A model generated the notes under the pieces. The model was not told the origin of the DNA. It saw only the letters and a list, made by a program, of their open reading frames with translations, and searched no databases. Shown here piece by piece: positions 26,119 to 37,322 of a stretch of DNA of 64,000 nt. The position numbers and the translations under genes are program-made. The DNA is taken from positions 53,816,001 to 53,880,000 of the forward strand of contig OZ024746.1 of the NCBI GenBank assembly GCA_964016885.1, read 5' to 3'. This DNA is from Eledone cirrhosa (taxonomy: Eukaryota). Each line of letters starts with the position of its first letter. The stretch's first letter is position 1.

Positions 26119-29100
26119 GCTTTCTTTATTAACCACAAATGTTTACATAAAGTAGACATTAAGGACAGTACAGGACAATACAGGACGGTACAAATGGGCA
26201 TATCTGCGTGTAAAAAAACAAAAATAGAGGATGTAATAAAAAAATAACAATGAAAAATTCCCCAATAAGGGGGAGACTTCCGAGGGACATTTGTGGAGAA
26301 AGCCCATTAAAAAGCCACAGTGACCCTGACCACCAGGGCAAGTGCCCTCTCCCAGTTTTCCACCTTTAATTTACAGACACATACTCAGAGTGGGTCCATT
26401 CACTCGGGCCATACTTGCTTCTCTCACCCATCTTTCAACAAAATGTTGGTAAGAGGGCACTTCCCTCTCTACCCTGATTTTCCTTTTCAAATGAAATTTG
26501 AAAAAGTTAATCAGGGCATCACCGAAGTGGTAAGTGCTCGTCTTCAGCCCTTTCAAACGTGTCCACCATACTATCTCTTTCGCCATGGCCACCAGACAGA
26601 TAAAAACTGCCTGCCCTTCCCGGCTAAAGGAAGAGGGCGGGGCAATCCTCACGATGGACTCAGTTGATAGCTGGATCCGTGCCACACGCGACAGCAGGTG
26701 TTCGACATAAACCCACAAGTCAGCAATTTTCGGACACTGGACGAGTGTGTGCAGAACGGTTTCGTCGCCCTGCGCGCATCTCGGACATGCCCGGCTGACG
26801 GCACTTCCATGCCTGTAGAGTTTATCCCGAACTGGCAAAGTTCCTCGGTAGCACTGCCAGGCCAGGGATTTCTGGAAGTTGTCCATAAGCCCCGGCCCGA
26901 ATGTTCTTCCGAAGAGATTGGCTAGTTGATTTTCGTCGACGCCTAGAGTTTCTGCAAGTACGGCGTCGCTCTTCCCCTCCACTAATCCTCTATAGAACGC
27001 CAAGGTGGAGTTTCCACCGATCACATTGCCCGATTGGCCGAGTGCTGTGAGCGCCTGAAGACATTCCAGTCTCCAAGCGCTCCTTCTCGGTCTTCGCTTG
27101 ACCCAGGACTGCAGCTCCGTCAGGGAGACGAGCTGGGGAAAGACGCATCTAGCAAACGGCGACCACACCTGATCACCGTCGAGGAAAAGGTGGAGATGTC
27201 GTAGCCTGAGCGCGTGTCTGCGCATCATCAGCCACGGCATTCCCAGCCCTCCACGTAGCGGGTGTTGACAACAGATGGACCGCCTGACCATCGGAGCGCG
27301 TCCCTTCCACAAAAAAGCGAAAGAGCAAACGCTCCAGGCGGGGCTTAGGACAAGGTACGACGGTCAGGCGGTAGCAGATGACGGACGCGATGTACGCGTT
27401 CGCCACCTCCGCTCGACCTTTCAGGGATAGCTTCCTCTCCGCCCATTTCTGGGTGAGAGAAGCCACCCTGCTCGTCACCTTGTCTCAGTTTTTGTCCGTC
27501 TGAAGGTCCGGACCGAAACAGACCTCGAGCAATTTAACCGTCCGTCCGTCCAGCGCCCGACGACGCTGTTGGGCGGCATGGACCTGACTCTCCAGGTGCC
27601 GTGCTGCAGGCCCACTGACTTTTCCTGGTTGATCATTGCTCCTGTCACCGCTTCCTATTCTCTTAGTGTAGAGCCGATCACCTCGATGTGTTTGGCTTTC
27701 GACACCACTACGGTGACATCGTCCGCATATGCTGACACGGATCTTCCGCATCCTAGTTCGCGCGGGACGCCGCTCAACGATTCCAGTTTGTGCAGTAATG
27801 GCTCGAGAGTGAATATGTACAAGAGGGAGGAGAGGGGACATCCTTCGCGGACCGAGTGCATGATGTTGAACGGTTCCGAAAGGTGACCGTTCACTCTCAC
27901 CACAGAGCAGATGTCGCTGTGCATGGCAGCGATCCAACTTCTGAAGACGGTCTCAAAGCCAGCCGCCTTCAGGACTGCCGCTAGGTAACGATGGTCGACC
28001 CTATCGAAAGCTTTCGACTGATCTAAATTGATCAAGGACCCACCCGTGCCAGGTTCCCTAGCTACCCTCTCTACGATGTATCGCATGAGGTGGAGGTTGT
28101 CGTGGATGGATCTGTCGGGCTTGGTGCACGTCTGCGCCTCTCCCACCAGGCCACCAATGACAAGCGCCAACCTATTTGCTAGCACCTTGGCCAAAATCTT
28201 GAACTCTGTGTTTAGCAGAGTTATGGGCCTGAAATTATCTATGTTATTCCTCTTGTTTGGGTCCTTTCTCAGCAGCGCCACCGCTCCTCGTCTCACAGAG
28301 CTGGGAATTCTCCCGTTCTGTTGCCAGTTGAAGTAGACGTCTGCCAAGAGGCCTCCGAACAAGTCTGGCATCTGTACGTAAAGTTCATAGGCAAACCATC
28401 CAAACCAGGCGATTTACCCCTTGTGCAGTCAGTCATTGCCTCCCATATTTCAGCGGCTGTTATCGGCTTTTCGCAACACTCCGCCTCAGTGGCCAAGAGC
28501 CGCGTCAGTCCGTCGAGGTAGACACTAAAGTCCATCCCTCGACCCGGCCCACCGCTGCCCCCGAACAGCTGTGCGAAGTGTCGCTGAAAAGCTTCACACA
28601 TTTTCCCGGATCGAGTAGCATGCGCCCGTCGTGGTCCACCAAAGACCGGATCGAGGCTGTGTTGCCACGACGCGTCTCCGCCACTCGGGCCCATTGAACG
28701 GCTTTCGTCCCTTCGTGTCTGAGAGCACGCACCCTAGCTCTGACAACGCAGCCTTCGTGCTTTGCATTGAAGAATTGGTCAAGGGCCAATTTCACCGCAA
28801 GTACGTCGGTCGCGATGCCTTTGCTAAGAGCCTCGACTAATTTTCTAACTAGTTCTCCCTCTGCTCTATTTTTCTCTATTGCTAAAGCCTTACTAAACCT
28901 AATGGACTCTATTCTAATCGCTCTTTTCAGAGCAAACCACCACTTGTTGTTGACGATGGCCCCCGTCAACGCCTGCTTAACAAGTTCGCTAATCCGGTCT
29001 CTGTAGGCCTTGCGCGCTGGTAAGGACGCGTTTAGCTTCCAGTAGCCTGGTCCTCGTCTATGAAGCCTATCTAAGTCATGCACACAGATCACGAATTTGT

Positions 29101-31512
29101 GGTCCGTGTAGTTGACTATCTTGATTTGTGGACAGCCTATGCTAGACCTATTTATTTCCCGACAAAATAACCTATCTAGATATGATCTGGATGACCCTAT
29201 GCGGTTTGTCCAAGTCCACATTGGCATATTCGGGAAATCCAATCGGTAACTGTCAGACAGTTCAAAACGCCTGAGCAGGTTGGTGAGGCTCTTGCACCCT
29301 CCTCCCCTATCTGCTAATTCCACACAGTCCCAGCGTGCATCTAAGATCCAGTTCCAGTCGCCCACTAACACTAAAGAGCGGGACGTTCCTAGAAAGGTCT
29401 CCAGACGCCGGAAGAAATCAGGCCGCCCTGCTCCTGTCGGGGCATAGACGGCCACTAACCTGAAAGCTTGCCTGTCTCCGCTGGTCACGTCCAGCACCAC
29501 CAAGTTACCTTCTGAGTCCAGGAAGATGGCCCGTATGGCGAGATCCAAACCTCTCCAAAAAAGCACAGTAACTCCTCTCCCCGATCCAGGACGGCTGGAA
29601 GATGCGTACACATCGTAGCCGCCGAAGATCAGTGCGGAGGCCCGTGCTACGGAGATTCTGGTCCCGCTGATGGCCACTACATCTATGTTTAGTGACCTAA
29701 GGTCGTTGAGCAGGAGGCCCTGCTTCCATGACGACCCCAAGCCACGCGCATTTAAGCTGCCTATTCTGAGTGAGGTCATGTTGAAATGGAGTGGAAAAGA
29801 TGGGAAAGACCACTTACCTTACTTCTCGTAGAGGAAGGATGGTTTCTCCATCCCTTTTCACTTGATCGTCTGGTGAAGGGACCGTTGAATCGTCCCTTCG
29901 GCAGGTCGTCGGCTCTTCTGTGAGTATATCCGAATATACTCTCCGGTTGAGTGTCCCTCCTAGGTCTCTGAAATCACCAACTGTGTTGGGGAATTTCGTT
30001 TTAATGTTTGTGTATTGCTTCTGTGCTATTCTTACCAGTCTTATGTTCGTTGGTGTTTTGATTGGTGCTGGTATTATGTAGTCGTGCGGTGAAATGTCTG
30101 TGTGTTCAATTATGTAAGTCATTAGTTTCTTGTTGTGTGTATTTATTGCTGTGCATTAGTTTTTCTGGGGGTGGGGTGTGGTTCTGCTATTTTCTTGTCG
30201 TTGTTGCAGGGTGTGTGTTTTGTTGTGTTTGCGATGTTGGTGCTTGTGGTGCTGGTGTTGAAGGTGTTGTTGTTGTTTGGAGTGGGGTTGCTGCCGGTGG
30301 TGATGGTGGTGCTAGTGTGGGTGGTGATGGTGTTGGTGTTGTTGCTGCTGTAGGTCTCTTTGCAGTAGCCTTTACCCTTTTTTCATTTCTTTCCTCCCTT
30401 TTCAAAGGCGACGATACGCTGCTTCTGCGTTTGTGCCTTCTTGTGACCTTTTGCCATACTCTCCCACCTCACACACCATGTCCGATTCTGTGAGGTCGGG
30501 GAGGGATACCAGCTCCACTCTTTCACTTGTTGTTGTTGGTGATGTTTGCAGTGGAGTCTCTGTTGCAGCTGCAGTTGGTATTGCTGTTGTTGTTGTTAAT
30601 ACTTCCACTGCTGCTGCTGTTCTTGATTTCCGTGGCGTGGGTATGGGTGCCACGGACCTATCCTTCCTGGTTGCCGCCTGTCCTGTTGCTGGTAGTGGAG
30701 CCGGTTTCGGAAGGAGGGGGCTTTTCTCCTTTCTCAGAGTCTTCTCATTGCAGAAGGCCCTGAGGTGAGTCTTCGATCCACAGCGAAAGCATTTCAGGCG
30801 TTTGCCCTCAACACTTATGGGCAGTTGAGTGCCGTTATCGAAGTCTATCACATCCGGGATAGCTTCGATGTACCTCTGGTTGGTTTGGATTAACATCTCA
30901 ATGGAGGTGCCGACCCAATCTTCTCGTACTTTTTTCTGTACTTGCAGTACAGTTGTTTTGTCCGCGAAGGGGCCATCCCGGGGCGGGGGGAACGACGACG
31001 ACGTGGGTCAGTTTGACCCTCACAATTTTTGTCTGCAGTAGGAGGGCACCAACAGCATTTCCTCGCTCCTTAGGGTCACTAATGATTGAGCCTTTGCCTC
31101 CCGTCGTGTGGCAAAAAGCACGTCCACGGTGGCATATTTCTTGCCTCGGGTGATATGCGTTTTCCGCTGCCACACAGACCCCAAGGCTTTTTGTATTTGA
31201 GCCTCTGTGGCTCTTTCAACCCTACGGGATTTTGTGCTTACTGTACGGTACGTGACCGTACATTGCTGTTGGGTTTCGAAAAATTTTTCTGCTGCCTTTC
31301 AGATTGCTCGGTGTCCGGTTTTCGTCACCATCTTCTTTGCTTCCTGTAATTCCTCATATGTTATAAGGATGGTTTCAGGTTCTTTGCGATACTTGCAAAC
31401 GAGATTGCTTTTTCTTTCTTGTTGTTGTTGTAGTCGTCGTCAGAGCTGCTGTTACCTTTGTTGTTACTGCTGTTACTACGATTGCCGCCGCCGCTGTTGC
31501 TGTGGTTGTTGG

Positions 31513-31567
<55 letters not shown>

Positions 31568-32163
31568 TATGCTGCTGCTGATGCTGTTGGGGCTGCTACT
31601 AGTGTTTTCCTTGTCACTGTTGCTGCTGCTGCTGTTATTACGGCTGCTACTGCTATTATTCATGACGTCAGACGAACGAAATGGCTTTCCGTATTTACCG
31701 CACGAATTTTTCGTCGTTGTCGTCGTCGTGGAGAAATGTTCCACGTTTTGCACGTGCTCTTGAAAAATATCAGAAACTATATTTTTATTTTTATTTACTG
31801 GCGTCGCTTGCGAAAGAGAAGGGAGGGAGAGATACATATTTAGAGAAGGGAGGGAGAGAGACAATCTTCTCTCTGATGTAGTGACGATTGAGGAAGAAGA
31901 AGACGGAATGAGTGGGAGTGACTTGTGAAAATTCTTTTTTGTAGCCATGTTTCTTTTTGGTTTAAAATGAATATTGGGCACAAAACCCCAATAAGCGGTT
32001 ATTTAACCCCGAAGGGCCAAATAACGGACGGAAAGGCCCCTCTCACGAGGAGGAGGGTGTTTTTATCTACAATTTGGTTAAAGTTTTAAAGAATTTACAA
32101 TTGTTATAGCGGTTAAAAATTACTGTACCTTACAGAGCCGAGCCTCCGTCAACCATGGCATTC

Positions 32164-32164
<1 letters not shown>
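26119..32164 (-). mobile_element. Near full-length L1/Tx1-clade LINE, copy 2 (frameshifted)
   Basis: Reverse-complement homolog of 18001-24033 along its length. ORF1 starts ~31948; ORF2 is 29779-26371 in several frames. Confidence 0.92.
29814..30122 (-). CDS. 102-aa inter-ORF ORF, copy 2
   Basis: MTYIIEHTDISPHDYIIPAPIK... colinear with 20019-20327. Confidence 0.6.
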   Translation of the reverse strand: MTYIIEHTDISPHDYIIPAPIKTPTNIRLVRIAQKQYTNIKTKFPNTVGDFRDLGGTLNRRVYSDILTEEPTTCRRDDSTVPSPDDQVKRDGETILPLREVR

Positions 32165-32209
<45 letters not shown>

Positions 32210-32214
<5 letters not shown>

Positions 32215-32311
32215 TGTTTCTACTTTTGGCACAAGGCCATCAATTACCCAGTGCATTACTGGTACTTTATTTTATCGACCCCGTAAGGATGAAAGGCAAA
32301 GTTAACCTCGG

Positions 32312-32347
<36 letters not shown>

Positions 32348-32945
32348 TTTCCTTTATTAACCACGAGGGTTGACATAAAGTATAACATTAAGGACAGCAC
32401 AGGACGGTACAAATGGGCATTTCTGCGTGTAAAGAAAATGACAAAAAAAGAAGAAACAAAGGGAAATTCTCCAATAGGTGGGGGGGGGGGGGGGGACTTC
32501 CGGGGGACACTCGTGGAGAAAGCCCATTAAAACAGCCACGGTGACCATCTTCAATAATAATAACAATAATAAAAATGGCAATATCAGTAGATAGAGATAT
32601 GGCCCTTTACATTCTGAATTCAAATCCCGCCGAGGTTAACTTTGCCTGGTCCGATAAAATAAAGTACCAGTCACGCACTGGGGTCGATTTAATCGACTTT
32701 CCCCTTCACCCAAAATTACTGGCCTTGTGCCTATATAAGAAACCATTATTATCAATAATAATTGGTTGTACTTTTGGCACAAGGCCAGCAATTATCCTAG
32801 TGCATTACTGGTACTTTATTTTATCGTCCCCGTAAGGATGAAAGGCAAAGTTATCCTCAGCGGGATTTGAACTCAGACCGTAAAGGGCCGTAACTCTACG
32901 CTTTAAAGCATGGCATCAGTGCCTCTATCGATACTGCCAACCCAA
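32210..32945. mobile_element. SINE family A copies (~32210-32311 -, ~32576-32750 +, ~32760-32945 -) around a LINE 3' UTR fragment
   Basis: Family A core and tail. Confidence 0.8.
32347..32547 (-). mobile_element. 3' UTR-only fragment of the Tx1 family (copy 3)
   Basis: Homologous to 23828-24033; (TAA)n on both sides on the + strand. Confidence 0.85.
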
Positions 32946-33373
32946 CACTAATAATATGATGATCATGATCATGGTCATGATAATGTGATTGCCGTTGAAT
33001 TGTAGATGTAACGTTTGAGACAACAGTTAGTATTGATAACACAGCTAATCGATAACAGAACATATAGAAGAGAAAAAAAACAAAATAAAAAAAAAATGAA
33101 AACGATAAATAAATCGTAGATCGATGAAAGGTATTTGAATATGTGAGACGTAACTAGTCGATATCCTCTCATGTCAACAGTTACCTACGCACATTCATAG
33201 ACATATGTATGGATGGATGGATGCATGGATGTGTTTCTTTCTTTCTCTCTCTCTCTCTCTCAATATATATATATATAGTAATAATAATAATAATAAATGC
33301 GAAGACTAAAATCCAAGGGTGAAAGCAGCAATTCTTTGCTTAAACTTTAATTTATTATTTTAATATATATATA

Positions 33374-33413
<40 letters not shown>

Positions 33414-33416
33414 TAT

Positions 33417-33469
<53 letters not shown>

Positions 33470-33834
33470 ATTGAGAGGGACGAGGTTACATGGTTACTGA
33501 TAACGAGTGTTAGAAAGTTAAGGGAACACAAACAAGAAATAGACATTTTCCCTTCATCAGTTGTCTACTATGAGTCACGGATGTTTCAGCACATTACAGA
33601 CAATACAACTATCCGTAGCGTGCCCATTACTTTTAATCAATAAGTTAAGAGGGGCAGAAGAGGGGCAGAAGAGACAAATAAGTGGCGATACCGAAAAGAA
33701 AAAAAATGAGAGAAAAAATGAGAAAAAAAAACAAAAACATATCTATAGAAGGGGGAAACACAGGACAATGGCACATGTAAGTAAGTAACAAAGGGGAGAA
33801 TGAGGAAGAAGTTAAAAAAAGGCATATGTACTCC

Positions 33835-34060
33835 CTCGTCTTTGCCCACTTATTCTGGAGAGGGTCGTGGGGCCGAGCGCATAAGCCAATTGATCCGGCT
33901 GGATCCCCAAACGAGAACAGCAGAGCTCATGGTAGTTATCCTTCCATAATGAGTTTATCCCTGGGTCACCTGCAGGTTAGTTTAGCCCTCAATATCTTTC
34001 CAGCGATTCTTTCCTGTGCCATTCTCACCACATATCCGTAATATCGGAGCTGTGATCTCT
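33835..34060 (-). pseudogene. RTE-clade LINE 3' relic
   Basis: Reverse translation LRYYGYVVRMAQERIAGKILRAK..R*PR resembles the RTE C-terminal LRWxGHVxRM...GRPR. Confidence 0.6.
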
Positions 34061-34267
34061 CAATTCCTATACCTATCCCCGAAAACGGTTCCGGAAGGAG
34101 GAAAACGTTCACAAATTAGTAACTTGAACATTACAAACCTTAGAGGCAAGGAGGAGGAACTAGAGGAGGGAGACAAATGACACCAAAAATATATAGTTGG
34201 TGTTCCGTGACACCGATACTGTAGATTGGTATAGAAGATCGAAACTCCATTATTCATATACATACTC

Positions 34268-34314
<47 letters not shown>

Positions 34315-34331
34315 GAGAGAGAGAGAGAGAG

Positions 34332-34480
34332 AGGAAAAAGTATGACCCCGACGGCACAGCTCAAGCCGTTTCGACGGCTATTTCTGGCTATTTCTGGAAT
34401 AGCCGTCGAAACGGCTTGAGCTCTGCCGTCGGGGTCATACTTTTTCCTATTTCTCACTCTACTACAATCCCTAAACTGTA
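34332..34480. mobile_element. Fold-back half-hammerhead element
   Basis: Arms 34332-34384 and 34396-34448; gaatagccgtc-GAAA(34408)-cggc ttgagctct gccg-TC-ggggtcatac; no CUGAnGA. Confidence 0.65.
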
Positions 34481-34496
34481 TATATGTTTTTCTATT

Positions 34497-34750
34497 TATT
34501 TACATAATAAATAACACAATATAATTATTCCACTACCAAAGTTTCAGGAAACTAGACGATCCTTACAGAAACGTCCAGCTCGTCCATCAGATGAAATAGT
34601 TATAAATACATTCCTGTAAGGATCATCTAGTTTCCTGAAACTTTGGTAATGGAATGATTATATTGTGTTGTTTACTATGTAATTAAATGGCTCTGTACAA
34701 TAGTACAGAGCCATTTAATTCGTTTACCTTGTCTACAGAAATACTTAACA
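34497..34750. mobile_element. Inverted-duplicated element with degenerate hammerhead on - strand (34527-34597)
   Basis: Arms ~34497-34575 and ~34607-34684. Reverse complement reads atttcat-CTGATGG-long stem II-GAAA-ctttgg-TA-gtggaat. Confidence 0.6.
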
Positions 34751-34764
34751 CACGCGCGCGCGTG

Positions 34765-34829
<65 letters not shown>

Positions 34830-34987
34830 TATCATTATTATTGAAATTACTTCTCCGGGACTAGAACATTTTCGTTTGTAAGATGATCCCTTACGAATAA
34901 CAGTTCTATTCCCCTTAAAAAAATGTATTGTGTACATATTTCCAATTGTCGTCTCCTCTCAATATAAATCGAGAATCCACATGTGTG

Positions 34988-35047
<60 letters not shown>

Positions 35048-35112
35048 GTTTTGCGAGGTTTTTGATATGAAATCGTGTGTCGAAACAAATATTGTTATAT
35101 ATATATATATAT

Positions 35113-35320
35113 TTACTATAGAAAGGCTTAATATAGAAACGCTTCTACAGGACTAGAACTGTTTCATTCCAGAGAAATCATCAGGAAGTTTCTTAATGAT
35201 TTCTCCGGAATGAAACAGTTCTAGTCCTGTAGAAGCCTTTCTAAATTAAATATTTATACTCTGCTTTGTATTGAGTACCTTACTTACTGTGGTTACCCCC
35301 GATTGAACCTGGGATAAACC
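35113..35320. mobile_element. Fold-back insertion in (TA)n with hammerhead (- strand 35142-35188)
   Basis: cttc-CTGATGA-tttc tctg gaat-GAAA-cag ttctagtc ctg-TA-gaag. The mirror arm has a mutated core (ttaatga). Same family as 3091-3223. Confidence 0.75.
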
Positions 35321-35532
35321 TATATATATATATATATATATATATATGCAGAGATTATATTTAATTTGTTGGGATTCAACAAGCTTAAACATTTTTATAA
35401 CTGATATAAAGCACTCAACAAGTTAGTGGAGTAAATACACATATAACATATTATCTCCACTATCCAGGAAGCTCCAACCGTAAGGTTGTCTTTTTTCCGT
35501 GTATGTCAATATTTATTTATAAAACAAATCTG

Positions 35533-35598
35533 TATTTTATCTGATGAAAGCGCACCATAATTTGCCTTGGTTGCCCTTGAAATATATATAATAAAATA
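35533..35598 (+). ncRNA. Minimal type I hammerhead ribozyme in a ~290-bp unit between (TA)n tracts
   Basis: tattttat-CTGATGA(35541)-aagcgcacca...tggttgccctt-GAAA-tatata-TA-ataaaata; perfect 8-bp stem I. Confidence 0.8.
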
Positions 35599-35651
35599 AA
35601 TATGGTTTTATAAATATAGTTTCCATTTATTAATATATTGTATATATATAT

Positions 35652-35682
<31 letters not shown>

Positions 35683-37322
35683 ATGGAAAAATTTGAACAG
35701 GGACAAAACAGAGAGGCAGTACAATAAATGTTTATTAATTTCACGCTCAGGAGAGTGGCGTGTAGGTGGGGGACGACGTTTCGGGCATAAGCCCTTCCTC
35801 GGGTGAGAAGTGTGTGGGAACAGAGTTCAAAAGGTGTGTAGAGGAGTGGTGCAGAGACATATAGCGAAAGGAAACGGTGCGAATGAAAAAATAACAAATA
35901 AAGATAAAAATAAAAATAAAGCATGATCAAAATACAAGGAATGAGATAAATTTAAAAATAAAGGCATGATCAAAATAAACTGAAATTAAAAGGGGGGTAA
36001 ACAGGTGGTGGAAGGGTGTGGGGTGAGTAGGGGTGGTGGCGGGTGGAGTGGGGAGAGGGAGACGGGGTGTCCGAGCGGGGAGGGCTGAAGGTGGTTTGTA
36101 TGTGTAGGTGTGCGTGTGTGTGTGTGTGTGTATGTGAAAGTAAGGGTTGGGGGAAGAACGGGGTTGCATGTTCAGGAAGAGGTGTGTGTGGGGGGTGTTT
36201 ATGTGGGTCGGAGTGTCTGTGCGTGTGTGGATAGGGGGGTGGGGGGGGGAGAGGAATCAGGAGGCTGAGGGTGTAAATATGTGGTGGAAAGCACGTGTGT
36301 GTGGGGTTTAAGCGTGTTGTGGGTGTGGGTGGCGTGTGGAGAAAAAATGTTTTGGGGGGTGTGTGTGTGGGTGAGTTATATAGGTGATTACGTAAGAGGA
36401 TGGTTGAAAAGTTGGTAAATTCCAAGGATGTTTAGTGGATTGGTTGTAAGTCAATTTCTGCGTGTGGGTAATCCATGAAGCGGTGGTCGGAAGAGGAGAG
36501 ATGTGGGGTGCGCGCGTAACAGGAAGTGGTCAGCAGTGGGAGTGCTGTGGTCTGTTAGTGCTGGGAGGTGGTCAGAAGGCATAGCAGCAGTCGGTGGAAT
36601 GGTAAGGGGGCGAGGATGGGTAGGTGTGAAAGTTGGAGTGAGGAGGGTGTGTGTATGTGTGTGTGTATTAGTAGGTGTGTGTGGGATGAGTGAGTGTGGA
36701 GCGAGGGTGTGGGTGGAGCGGGGAGAGAAGGGTGTGTGTGGTTCTATGGAGGGAGTGGGGTTTACTGGTGTGTGTGTAGTTTGATGAAGAGGTGTTTGTT
36801 GGTGTTAGTATACGGGAGGTGGGGAGGGGTTGAATCAGGTGTGAGTGGGGGTTAGTGGTAGTAGGGTGTGTAGAGTTGGTGGTGTACGAGGGTGTGTGGG
36901 TACGTGTGCGTGGGGTTGGGGGGTGTTAGTGATGTTAGTTGCGTGTCGGGTGGGTGGTGTAAGTGGGTGCGGGTGTTCGTGTGCGTGGGGTTAGGGGGTG
37001 TTAGTGAGGTTAGTTGCGGGGTGGTGGGATGGAGGTGTGGGGGTGAGACGTGTGGGGGTGAGGGTTAGTGGTGGTAGTAGGGTGTGTGGTGTGTTTAGTG
37101 TGAGCGCGTGTATATATGTGCCGGTGGGTGTGTGCGTGTGATAAGGAGGGGGAGGAGAAGAGGGTAGGGAAGGGATGTTAGTATGTTAGTTGGGGAAGGG
37201 TGGTCAGATGAGGGGTGGAGTGGAGGTGTTAGTATTGTTAGTATGGGGTGGGCGGTGAAAAGGAGGGGTGTGTTAGTGGTGTTAGTGGGGGATAAGTGTG
37301 GGGGGAGGGGGGCGGTCGAACG

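Noticed and set aside
36840-37290. Telomeric repeat array
   Set aside because: Scattered ggggttag words inside the PLE 3' UTR, not a tandem TTAGGG array.
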